59,822 nucleotides of DNA, taken from the NCBI GenBank assembly GCA_046483025.1, contig JAWODZ010000110.1, forward strand, positions 1-59,822, in the 5' to 3' direction. The DNA is from a bacterium. GTDB lineage: Bacteria; Zhuqueibacterota; QNDG01; CAYUAG01. A program made the position numbers and the translations under genes. How positions within the stretch are numbered: the stretch's first letter is position 1; every line of letters starts with the position of its first letter. Shown here piece by piece: positions 17,476 through 26,408 of this stretch. The notes below the pieces were generated by a model that did not search any database, had not been told where the DNA came from, and saw only the letters and a program-made list of their open reading frames with translations.

Positions 17476-19920
17476 ATGAATGAAATCAAAGATAAAATTA
17501 CCGGTAAAAATTTAAATCTCTCTAAACTGCCTGAGAAGGTATATAAAGAATTTTATTCCAAGGTTGATATTCTTTATTTTCTAATTAATAATACTTATCA
17601 GGTAGAATCCTGTAATGTTGTTGTGCAGGAAAAGTTAGGATATTCAGATGTTGAGATATTAGGTAAAAAATTTACAGATTTTTTCAATAAAAATGATATA
17701 GATGAGATTCAAGAATCTCTTGAACAATGTTTTAAAAAAGGATATATTCGTGATGTCAGAACTAATATTTTAGGGGAAAATGGAAGTTTTCCTATAACCA
17801 TTAATGGTTTGTCTCAGCTTGATGATTCAGGAAATCCTAAATTTATCAGATTATTCATTCAGGATATAACTGAACTGTATCGCCTACAAAAGGAAAGAGA
17901 TTTTTCTAATAATGTAGTAAATAAAATAATAAAATACGATGTTAGTTTTTCCGACCTGAAAGACATATTGAATAATATTCATACTATTTTAAATTTCTGG
18001 GAAATTGGAATCGTAATTGATAGGCAATCAACAGAAAATATTTTTTTAAAAATTTCATCCAATAATAATCAACTCTATCAAAATAAAAAAGATGAATATA
18101 TTTTCTGGGATTATAATATATGGCATAAAGTAATTAATTCATGCCCAGAAGTTTCTTCTGCCTCAGTTGATAGCAAGGGAGTAAGTTTAATCGGAAAATT
18201 GTCGGATTTTGTTTTGGGAATCAAGTCTGAAGAATTAAAAGATTACCTTGTTTCTTTAACTGAGTATGAATCTTTGATAATAGTTCCAATATCTGAAGAA
18301 AATAATTTTAATGGATACCTTATCATTCTTGGTAAAAAGCAGGAAATGTGGAATGATAGGGACGTTGATTTTCTGGAAAAAAATGCTGCTATAATTGAAA
18401 AATCTATTAGCCTGAATATCAATAAAGCTCCACAATCAAATGATATTACACAATCAATTAATAATTCTCCGTTACTTGGCATCTTATGTATTAAAAATGA
18501 AAAAATTGAATTTGTTAATGAGTGGGTTTGTGAAATATTGGGGATTACCCAGAAAAATCTAAAAGGAAGAAAAATTTTTGATTTTTTATCGCCTGAATCG
18601 ATAGAAGAAATTAAAAAATTACAAGATACTGATAATAGTAAAAATATATGTGATATTACTGTTCTGACCGCTGATAGCAGTAGATGTGAAATTAAATGTT
18701 CCATAACAAAAATAACTCATGAAAATGTACATTCGCAATTATGGTATTGGATTAATCAAAGTGATGAACGGCGCTTGAAAGATCAGTTGATACAAGCCAG
18801 GAAAATGGAATCACTAGGAATTCTGACAGGTGGAATTGTTCATGATTTTAACAATCACCTTGCTTCAATATTAGGGTTTAGTTCTCTTCTTAAAGAAGAA
18901 GTGCCAAAAAACAATCAATTCTATGATGATATAATACAAATTGCAGATTCTGCTGAGAAAGCTTCAGATCTGGCAGAACGTCTTTCAGCATATTCTAAGG
19001 GTAGTTCATACATAGTCAATTCTCTTGATGTAAATCAATTAATTAGGGAAGTTGCCACTATTCTTTCCAGAACTCTTGAGAACAACAAATCTATACATGC
19101 AGAGTTATCCCCTGATTTATATCCCGTACGAGCAGACGCAAGTCAAATACAGCAGGCAATACTGCAGGTCGCTCTAAATTCTCGTGATGCAATTCCAGAG
19201 GGTGGAAAAATATTTTTTAAAACCCGAAATATTATATTAAAGGATATCAATGTATGCAAAATGTATAATGCCAAACCTGGTAAATATGTACAAATTGAAA
19301 TCAGTGACAATGGTTATGGTATAAGTAGTGAATTAAAAAGTAAAATATTTGACCCAGACTTTACCACTAAAAATGTTGATACTAAAAAAGGGATGGGGTT
19401 AGCTATGGTTCAGAATGTGATACAAAAACATTCTGGTTTTATCTCAGTTTTTAGTGAAAAAAACAGAGGTACCGTATTTAAAATTCATCTTTCTGCCCAA
19501 AAGAAAAAAATTGAAGATAAAGAATCTGCTGCTGATATTAAGCCTTCTTTAGGGAAAGAAACTATTTTATTAGTAGATAGTGAGGAAATTATAAGAGAAA
19601 CGGCCCGAAAGATGCTGAACCGATATGGGTATAAAATTATCAGTGCTGGAAACAGTTCTGAGGCAATTGCAATTTATAAAAAGTATAAGAATCGCATTGA
19701 TTTAATAATTCTTGATATTACCCTATCAGGAATGTCAATAAAAAAAGTTTTAGCGTGGTTTAATAAAATCAAACCCGGAGTAAAAATTATTGCTACCTCT
19801 CGAAAAGGTGAGAACGAAAAACTGGAAAATGTTTATAAACGTAAAGTAACAGGATTTATTGAAAAACCGTTTGAAATACGTCCGTTGCTTTCTAAAATCA
19901 GATCATGTATTAGTGAGTAA
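17476..19920 (+). CDS. hybrid sensor histidine kinase/response regulator, a paralogue of the upstream gene
   Basis: 814 aa. H-box GGIVHDFNNHLASILGF, G1 DNGYGI, a weakened G2 (KGMGLAM) and a C-terminal receiver (ILLVDSEE...IILDITL...IEKPF). The kinase core aligns by eye with the preceding gene. Confidence 0.85.
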   Translation: MNEIKDKITGKNLNLSKLPEKVYKEFYSKVDILYFLINNTYQVESCNVVVQEKLGYSDVEILGKKFTDFFNKNDIDEIQESLEQCFKKGYIRDVRTNILGENGSFPITINGLSQLDDSGNPKFIRLFIQDITELYRLQKERDFSNNVVNKIIKYDVSFSDLKDILNNIHTILNFWEIGIVIDRQSTENIFLKISSNNNQLYQNKKDEYIFWDYNIWHKVINSCPEVSSASVDSKGVSLIGKLSDFVLGIKSEELKDYLVSLTEYESLIIVPISEENNFNGYLIILGKKQEMWNDRDVDFLEKNAAIIEKSISLNINKAPQSNDITQSINNSPLLGILCIKNEKIEFVNEWVCEILGITQKNLKGRKIFDFLSPESIEEIKKLQDTDNSKNICDITVLTADSSRCEIKCSITKITHENVHSQLWYWINQSDERRLKDQLIQARKMESLGILTGGIVHDFNNHLASILGFSSLLKEEVPKNNQFYDDIIQIADSAEKASDLAERLSAYSKGSSYIVNSLDVNQLIREVATILSRTLENNKSIHAELSPDLYPVRADASQIQQAILQVALNSRDAIPEGGKIFFKTRNIILKDINVCKMYNAKPGKYVQIEISDNGYGISSELKSKIFDPDFTTKNVDTKKGMGLAMVQNVIQKHSGFISVFSEKNRGTVFKIHLSAQKKKIEDKESAADIKPSLGKETILLVDSEEIIRETARKMLNRYGYKIISAGNSSEAIAIYKKYKNRIDLIILDITLSGMSIKKVLAWFNKIKPGVKIIATSRKGENEKLENVYKRKVTGFIEKPFEIRPLLSKIRSCISE

Positions 19921-19925
19921 ATAAT

Positions 19926-20597
19926 ATGAATTTCACTCAACTTACAGATAACGAAATTATGAGCAGATTAATTGCAGATGTAGTTCATAAAATTAAAAAT
20001 GGGTTAGGAGGAATAGGTGGATATGCCACTCTTCTAGAAAAAGAGTTTACATGCAATGATCCGAAAATCCGATTCGTAAAAAAAATTAATGATGGAGTTG
20101 TCAGTGTTAATGAAATTTCTGTAAAATTAATGTCATTGGTCAGGATCAGGGAACTTCAAAAAGAAAAAATCAGAATTGAGTATCTATTCCGCGAAATTTT
20201 AAAAAATATATCACGTAATAATTATGAATTAATTGACAAACTATATTTTGATAATACTTTTCATGAAAAATATATTGAAATAATTTCTGATCAAGATGTA
20301 TTAGGTGAACTTTTTAAAAATTCAATACAATTTTTACAGGAAATTACCGAAGAAATTTATAAAATTCAAATAACATCTTCCAAAGATAAAAATCTTTTAA
20401 TACATATTCATTTTAAGAAAAAATTTGAAAACCAAAAAAATTTTTCTGATTACATAAAACATTTAATGCAAGATTCAAGACATTTATATGAGAGATTATG
20501 TTTTGCAATTATACAAAAAATGATTGTTTTGTTAAGTGGAACATATTCTACTGAATCGAAAAACAATGAAATCAATATTCTTAAATTAGAAATATAA
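19926..20597 (+). CDS. degenerate histidine-kinase-like protein (DHp/H-box present, ATP-lid G-boxes not recognisable)
   Basis: 223 aa. H-box-like VVHKIKNGLGGIGGYATLLEKEF and an N-box-like LFKNSIQF. I found no DxGxG or GxGxG motifs. Confidence 0.55.
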   Translation: MNFTQLTDNEIMSRLIADVVHKIKNGLGGIGGYATLLEKEFTCNDPKIRFVKKINDGVVSVNEISVKLMSLVRIRELQKEKIRIEYLFREILKNISRNNYELIDKLYFDNTFHEKYIEIISDQDVLGELFKNSIQFLQEITEEIYKIQITSSKDKNLLIHIHFKKKFENQKNFSDYIKHLMQDSRHLYERLCFAIIQKMIVLLSGTYSTESKNNEINILKLEI

Positions 20598-20608
20598 TAG
20601 GATTACAA

Positions 20609-21979
20609 GTGAAGAAAAACAGTAAAAACATACTAGTTATTGATGATGAAGAGATGATCCGAGAATTATTAAAAGATACCTTTGAAAAAGAAAAATATAA
20701 TGTTGAAACTGCAGAAGATGGAAAACAAGCTTTTAAAATGATCCAGTCCAATGATTACAATCTTGTTATAACTGATATACGCCTCCCTGATATTAGTGGT
20801 ATGGAAATTCTTGAAAAAATTAAAGTTCAACATCCTGATATGGGAGTTATAATGATAACAGCCTATGGCTCCATAAAAAGTGCTGTTAAAGCTATGAAAG
20901 ATGGAGCGTTTGATTATATTGCTAAACCATTTGAGATAGATGAGATTAATATAGTTGTAGAAAAATATTTTGAATTTGAAAATTTGAAAGTTGAGAATAA
21001 ATATTTACGGTCTGAGCTGGATAAGAAATTTAACTTTAAAAATATTATTGGACACAGCTTACCGATGCAGGGAGTTTTTAAAACTATTGAAATGGTTGCT
21101 AAAAGCAGAGCAACAATATTAATTGAGGGTCCTAGTGGAACAGGAAAAGAACTCATTGCTCGATCAATACATTACAACAGTGACAGGAAAAATGGACCAT
21201 TTATTACCATAAACTGCGCTTCTTTACCTGAAAGCTTAGTAGAAAGTGAACTTTTCGGACATGAAAAGGGAGCTTTTACCGGTGCATATAAGACTAATAA
21301 AGGACGATTTGAAATGGCAGATGGGGGTTCTCTACTATTAGATGAAATCTCAGAAATTAGCCTTGGCCTTCAGGCTAAACTGTTACGTGTTTTGCAGGAG
21401 AAAGAAATTGAAAGAGTAGGAGGTGGAGAAGTCATCCCGGTTGATGTAAGAATTATTGCTACTACCAATAAGGACATAAGAAAAGAAGTTAAGGAAAAAA
21501 AATTCAGGGAAGATCTTTTCTATAGGTTAAATGTTGTTCCAATTAAAGTTCCTCGTATAACTGAGAGAAGAGATGATATTCCCATACTTATAAATCATTT
21601 TATCAAATTATATTGTCAGGAAAACAATTATCCTTTAAAGAAAATTTCTGAGAAAGCAATGAAAATTCTCATTAACAGAGACTGGCCGGGTAATGTAAGA
21701 GAAATAGAAAATTGTGTTGAGAGAGCTGTTGTATTATCCGGTCCCAAGTGTAAGGAATTGGAGTTAAAGCATTTTTCACTACAAGATCAATATATTCATG
21801 ATGAAACAAGTGATTTTTCAAAAGATATGACATTACGAGAGATAGAAAAAGAGATGATTTTACGAAAATTAAAAATGAAAGATGGTAACAGAACTGAAAC
21901 AGCTGAGAATTTAGGAATAAGCGTACGTACACTCCGTAATAAACTAAATGAATATCGTAAAGAAGGAATAGATGTTTAA
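20609..21979 (+). CDS. sigma-54-dependent response regulator (NtrC family: REC-AAA+-Fis HTH)
   Basis: 456 aa. Walker A GPSGTGKE, GAFTGA at nt 21269-21286, and the C-terminal HTH NRTETAENLGISVRTLRNKL. Confidence 0.92.
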   Translation: MKKNSKNILVIDDEEMIRELLKDTFEKEKYNVETAEDGKQAFKMIQSNDYNLVITDIRLPDISGMEILEKIKVQHPDMGVIMITAYGSIKSAVKAMKDGAFDYIAKPFEIDEINIVVEKYFEFENLKVENKYLRSELDKKFNFKNIIGHSLPMQGVFKTIEMVAKSRATILIEGPSGTGKELIARSIHYNSDRKNGPFITINCASLPESLVESELFGHEKGAFTGAYKTNKGRFEMADGGSLLLDEISEISLGLQAKLLRVLQEKEIERVGGGEVIPVDVRIIATTNKDIRKEVKEKKFREDLFYRLNVVPIKVPRITERRDDIPILINHFIKLYCQENNYPLKKISEKAMKILINRDWPGNVREIENCVERAVVLSGPKCKELELKHFSLQDQYIHDETSDFSKDMTLREIEKEMILRKLKMKDGNRTETAENLGISVRTLRNKLNEYRKEGIDV

Positions 21980-22111
21980 TTATAAAGCGGAAAATCTAAC
22001 CGTATTATATAGGAAAAGCTTGCCCTTTATTTTTTAATATTTAATAGATTTTTTTGAACTGCTATTACTTAATCTCTTAATAATCAACCTTTTATAAAAA
22101 TAATATTTTTG

Positions 22112-22126
22112 TGGCATAAATGTTGC
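22112..22126 (+). promoter_or_regulatory. sigma-54 (-24/-12) promoter candidate
   Basis: TGGCAT-aaatg-TTGC lies 55 nt upstream of the receiver gene at 22181 and directly downstream of the NtrC-type activator gene. Confidence 0.65.
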
Positions 22127-22180
22127 CTTTTAATAGATTAAGATTGCAAAATATAATAATTATCATAAACGGAGGGTACT

Positions 22181-22558
22181 ATGAAAAAGCTTAAATCCCT
22201 TTTATTTGTCGATGATGAGGAAGAAATCCTTGATATTTTGGTTGATTTATTCAAGGATGATGATTATCAATTGTACACAGCGACAAAAGCAGAAGAGGCA
22301 AGAGATATTATGGAAAAACATGAAGTAGATTTTGTATTATCAGATTTAAAACTTCCTGATGACTCAGGATCAGATTTGTTAACTGATATACGTAATAAAA
22401 ACCCCGAGACTATAAGAGTTCTCACATCTGGTTACCTTGATCTTAAGTTTGGAAATATCAGTGAGAATAAAGAAGATGGAACATTGTATCTTTCTAAACC
22501 GTGGGATCTTTTTACTTTAAAACAATTGGTTGAAGAAAGACTAGAAAAAAGAATATGA
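22181..22558 (+). CDS. single-domain response regulator (receiver)
   Basis: 125 aa with LLFVDDEEE, FVLSDLKLPD, LTSGY and SKPW. Confidence 0.85.
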   Translation: MKKLKSLLFVDDEEEILDILVDLFKDDDYQLYTATKAEEARDIMEKHEVDFVLSDLKLPDDSGSDLLTDIRNKNPETIRVLTSGYLDLKFGNISENKEDGTLYLSKPWDLFTLKQLVEERLEKRI

Positions 22559-23610
22559 AATCTTTAAAAAAAGTTTTATATATTGACAGTGATAATTCAC
22601 TGTGCAAAGTTGTAAAGAAAAATTTATCTGATAATTCATTTGATTGTATTACTGCAGAAAATGGAGAAGAGGGTCTTAAAAATATCTTACACAGCAAACC
22701 AGATATTATTTTTGTGGATAATTATTTATCTGATATGGACACAGAAATATTTATACAAAAAATCAAAGATCAATCCGTGTATAAAAATTTAAAAGATATC
22801 CCTTTGATTCTTTTAACTTCTAATGGGAAAATGAATAAATTACGATTAGATGAATTAGGATTCTGTTCTTATATTCACAAGCCATTTAACACTCAAGATT
22901 TAATAAATTTAATAGATGGAATATTACATTTTAACGTTTATGCACAAAATAAAAATATTAATCATAATAATGGTAGACAATTCCTGGAAAGTATTCTGGA
23001 AAGTTCAGTAGAATCAATTTTTACTACTAATAAAAAAGGTTATATTACCTATAGCAATAAAGCATGCCTACAGTTGTTGAAATACAGTTTCAAGGAATTT
23101 ATAGGTAAGAATATTTGCGAATTATTGAATAATGGATCTTCTGAATTATTACAAATATTAGACATTATTAACAAAGATGGTAAATTAACCGATTATAAAA
23201 CTTTTTTAATAGAAAAAACAAAAAAGAAAATTCCTGTTAGTCTTTTTCTTTCGCCAATGAAAGAAATCGATGGAGATATAATTGGTTATTTAGCTCTCAC
23301 CGTGCATCAAAATAATGATATTAATAAATCTTCTTCTCATAAATCAGAAAAATTAGCAACAATTCTGGAAACAGCAATTACTGTTAATCATGCAATAAAC
23401 AATCCTTTGGTACCGATACTTGGGCAAGCTCAATTTTTACTTCAGGATGAAAGAATAGTAGATGAAGACATACGGAAACGATTAAACATAATCATTAACA
23501 ACGCCTTAAGAATAAAAAATATAACCCAGAAATTGACACGAATTTCGAAACCAGTTTCAAAAGAGTATATCAAAGGCACTAAGATGCTTGATTTGGATGC
23601 CTCCATATAA
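22555..23610 (+). CDS. REC-PAS-DHp protein lacking a catalytic ATPase domain
   Basis: 351 aa. Receiver (VLYIDSD, IIFVDNYL, IHKPF), a PAS block, then the H-box-like VNHAINNPLVPILGQAQFLL. The protein ends about 60 aa later with no HATPase domain. It overlaps the upstream gene by 4 nt. Confidence 0.7.
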   Translation: MKSLKKVLYIDSDNSLCKVVKKNLSDNSFDCITAENGEEGLKNILHSKPDIIFVDNYLSDMDTEIFIQKIKDQSVYKNLKDIPLILLTSNGKMNKLRLDELGFCSYIHKPFNTQDLINLIDGILHFNVYAQNKNINHNNGRQFLESILESSVESIFTTNKKGYITYSNKACLQLLKYSFKEFIGKNICELLNNGSSELLQILDIINKDGKLTDYKTFLIEKTKKKIPVSLFLSPMKEIDGDIIGYLALTVHQNNDINKSSSHKSEKLATILETAITVNHAINNPLVPILGQAQFLLQDERIVDEDIRKRLNIIINNALRIKNITQKLTRISKPVSKEYIKGTKMLDLDASI

Positions 23611-23808
23611 AAGAATTATTTATCCTTCCTACATTTTATAAGTATAAAATTTTAATATTTAATATAAACATTAAATATTGCAATGTTTAAATATGGTTAA
23701 AATTCATCCATGTTTTAATTTGATTTAGCATTATTACAAACATATTTTTACATTAAACCCAATAAAAACAAAGTATTATGATACTACAACAAAGGATATT
23801 GATATAGA

Positions 23809-23824
23809 TGGCAAAGAATTTGCA
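23809..23824 (+). promoter_or_regulatory. sigma-54 (-24/-12) promoter candidate
   Basis: TGGCAA-agaat-TTGCA lies 50 nt upstream of ATG 23874. Confidence 0.62.
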
Positions 23825-23873
23825 ACAGTTATAAATGTGAAATTGAAATATACATATTATGGAGGAGATAGAG

Positions 23874-25277
23874 ATGGTACGGAATAAATTAATTTTAATT
23901 TTGACTATGTTTTTTATATCAGGTTCTTTATATAGTCAGAATTTTTTTGACAGATTAATCCATCCGGATATTATCGGGGGAAATATAATTGGATGTCGCC
24001 AAGATCAAACCTCTCTGAATAGTCCTGGGGAAGGAGTAGGACCTGGTGCTGAATTATTTATTCAGTATAATATTAATAGGAATTTATTTGTCAAAGCTGG
24101 TACAGGATATATTACTGCAACTGATAAGTTTTTCGGATGGGATAATCAAAAGGTAACTTTGTTTCCTGCTTTTAAATTAGATCTTGGTTATAATTTTATT
24201 AATTCTGGAAATTTATCCACATATTTAAATGCCGGTTTACTTGGTTTTAAATCAAAATATGAAATAAAAAATCCAGTGTCTGAAGAAGACATGAAATTTG
24301 ATGCTGCTGTATCAGGCGGTCTGGGATTAAGCTATAAACTAACTGATCAATTGGCATTAAATGCCAGCGGAAGCGGTAATTATGCTTTTACATCATCACT
24401 TCCGACTAATGAACCAGATGTAACAAAACCATTATTCTGGTTTGCTAAAATGGGAATAAGTTATGCTCTAAATAAATCTCAAAAATCTCATATTGATAAT
24501 AAACAGGAGATAGAATACCCATTCTCTGGAGACGAAATTGCTCTTGACGATATATTTAATACCGAAAGAGAAGGAGAATCTTATAGCCGCCAGCAGGAAT
24601 CAGTAAGTGAGGATGAAGCTTTGGATTTATTATTTCAGGCAGCTGAAGAAGAATCTGGTTCAGAAGATACATATGAAAATTTATTCTCAGAATCCGGTGA
24701 TACAAAGCAAACTTCTGATAGCTATGCAGATGGTAATAAATCACAGATTGTTCACCAGATTAACGAATTACGAAATAAAATTAATGAACGAGACAGAATT
24801 ATCAGTGAATTAAGAGAAAAAGTAAATAAAAATGAAAAAACTATTTCTAAGTTTGCAGGACAAGAAGGAAGCATGAAAAGTGATACATATAGTGAATATG
24901 TAGATAGTGGTAATTTTACCAATGCTTATAAAAAAACTTTACAATTTTATTATAATAAGAACTACTCCCAAGCAATTAACAGATTTCAAAATCTTTTGAA
25001 TTCTAATCCTAATCATAAATTAGCAAGTAATTGTCAATACTGGATTGGTGAATGTTATTATGCAATGAGAAATTATCAGCAAGCATTAAATGCTTTTAAG
25101 AATGTTTTAACCTACAATTCATCCTATAAATTTGATGATGCATTGATTATGAATGGAATAACCTATATGAAAATAGGTGAAGCGGAAATGGCAAAAAAGA
25201 ATTTTCAACAACTTGTTGAGAATTACCCAAACAGTGAATATGCTCCTAAAGCAATGCGATATTTAGGAAGATTGTAA
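23874..25277 (+). CDS. exported chimeric envelope protein: beta-barrel-like N-domain, acidic linker, coiled coil, YbgF/CpoB-like TPR C-domain
   Basis: ATG 23874 is preferred because GGAGGAG sits 6 nt upstream and it yields the signal peptide MVRNKLILILTMFFISGSLYSQ. The C-terminus (NCQYWIGECYYAMRNYQQALNAFKNVL...NYPNSEYAPKAMRYLGRL) resembles YbgF-type TPR. Confidence 0.62.
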   Translation: MVRNKLILILTMFFISGSLYSQNFFDRLIHPDIIGGNIIGCRQDQTSLNSPGEGVGPGAELFIQYNINRNLFVKAGTGYITATDKFFGWDNQKVTLFPAFKLDLGYNFINSGNLSTYLNAGLLGFKSKYEIKNPVSEEDMKFDAAVSGGLGLSYKLTDQLALNASGSGNYAFTSSLPTNEPDVTKPLFWFAKMGISYALNKSQKSHIDNKQEIEYPFSGDEIALDDIFNTEREGESYSRQQESVSEDEALDLLFQAAEEESGSEDTYENLFSESGDTKQTSDSYADGNKSQIVHQINELRNKINERDRIISELREKVNKNEKTISKFAGQEGSMKSDTYSEYVDSGNFTNAYKKTLQFYYNKNYSQAINRFQNLLNSNPNHKLASNCQYWIGECYYAMRNYQQALNAFKNVLTYNSSYKFDDALIMNGITYMKIGEAEMAKKNFQQLVENYPNSEYAPKAMRYLGRL

Positions 25278-25305
25278 AATTTTATTAATAAAGTTTTAAG
25301 TATAT

Positions 25306-25346
25306 AAAGGGTCATTGTTTATTAAAAAATAATGACCCTTTTTTAT
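25306..25346 (+). terminator. rho-independent terminator
   Basis: 10-bp stem aagggtcatt/aatgaccctt followed by TTTTTATTT, 29 nt after the stop codon. Confidence 0.8.
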
Positions 25347-25492
25347 TTAATATTTTAAACTTCTTGCAAAATTCTAATAAATTTTTTAATTTGATTATAA
25401 ATAAACTAAAAATATTTATTATTGACTATGAATTTATTAAATTACTTGATAACTTATACAATTAAGTCTCAGAGAGCAACAAGGAGCTGGTA

Positions 25493-25978
25493 ATGCAAAG
25501 AAATAAAGGAATATTCAACGTTAATGTAAATTCAGACAAAAATAATAGTAAATCCAAAAAAAATATTGATGAAATAATAAATACAATTAAGAATGAATTA
25601 ACAGATTCTATTCATCCATATGTATTAAATGATTTAAATCCCCATCAAATTCAACAAATAAAGAAAAAATTATTAATTGATAAAGAATATAAAATCAAAA
25701 CATATAAGCAGGGAAGAGATATTAAAGTAAAAATTTTTCCTCTGGGAAACTTAAAAAGATTTGCAGAACAGAAAGCACAAGAAGTGTTAATGAAAGGAGA
25801 AAAAATCAAACTACCCCATATGGGTGCATTTGAGAGATTTATTATCCATGATTATTTAAAAAGTCGAAATGGTATAAAAACCAAAAGCTTTGGAAAAGAG
25901 GGGAAAGATCGCTCTATACAAATTTATCCCTTGTTCGGGAGAAAACCCAAAAAAGCTAAGAAAAAACTCACTATTTGA
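25493..25978 (+). CDS. R3H-domain (Jag-like) putative RNA-binding protein
   Basis: 161 aa, lysine-rich. The C-terminal FERFIIHDYLKSRNGIKTKSFGKEGKDRSIQIYP matches the R3H pattern. AAGGAG Shine-Dalgarno upstream. Confidence 0.6.
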   Translation: MQRNKGIFNVNVNSDKNNSKSKKNIDEIINTIKNELTDSIHPYVLNDLNPHQIQQIKKKLLIDKEYKIKTYKQGRDIKVKIFPLGNLKRFAEQKAQEVLMKGEKIKLPHMGAFERFIIHDYLKSRNGIKTKSFGKEGKDRSIQIYPLFGRKPKKAKKKLTI

Positions 25979-26024
25979 TATTAGATAATTTTTTTATATT
26001 TTTTAATTTAAGGAGTTAATTTTC

Positions 26025-26399
26025 ATGGAAAAAGAAGTGATGATCGTTGATGATGATCCATCGGTTCTGCAGACATGTCAGAAAATTATCAGCAGGAATA
26101 ATATTAAAGTCCGAACAGCAAAAAGTGGTCAGGAATGTCTCAAGGAACTTGAAAAAGGATTTAAAGGAATAATTTTAATGGATATTATAATGCCGGAAAT
26201 GGACGGATGGGATACAATAGAAGAAATTGTCAATCGCGGATATATAAAAAATGTGATTATAACTATGTTAACAGGTAAGGATCAGCCCGGTAAAAAAATG
26301 GATCATTTAAAAGAATATGTATTGGATTATATTCGGAAACCTTTTGATGCACAGGACTTAATAAATCTTGTTAAACGATACTTATCATATATAGAATAA
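26025..26399 (+). CDS. single-domain response regulator (receiver)
   Basis: 124 aa with VMIVDDDPS, IILMDIIMPEMDG, MLTGK and IRKPF. Confidence 0.85.
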   Translation: MEKEVMIVDDDPSVLQTCQKIISRNNIKVRTAKSGQECLKELEKGFKGIILMDIIMPEMDGWDTIEEIVNRGYIKNVIITMLTGKDQPGKKMDHLKEYVLDYIRKPFDAQDLINLVKRYLSYIE

Positions 26400-26408
26400 T
26401 ATTCCTTT

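Noticed and set aside
18243-18704. 153-aa antisense ORF inside the second hybrid kinase. Similar antisense ORFs occur in the track at 1330-1524, 3078-3278, 6016-6276, 20914-21156, 40748-40984, 42529-42846, 43336-43557, 47741-48025 and elsewhere.
   Set aside because: They are fully embedded opposite well-supported genes. Their composition is low-complexity (S/I/F/L-rich), as expected from antisense reading of AT-rich coding DNA, and no motifs are present.
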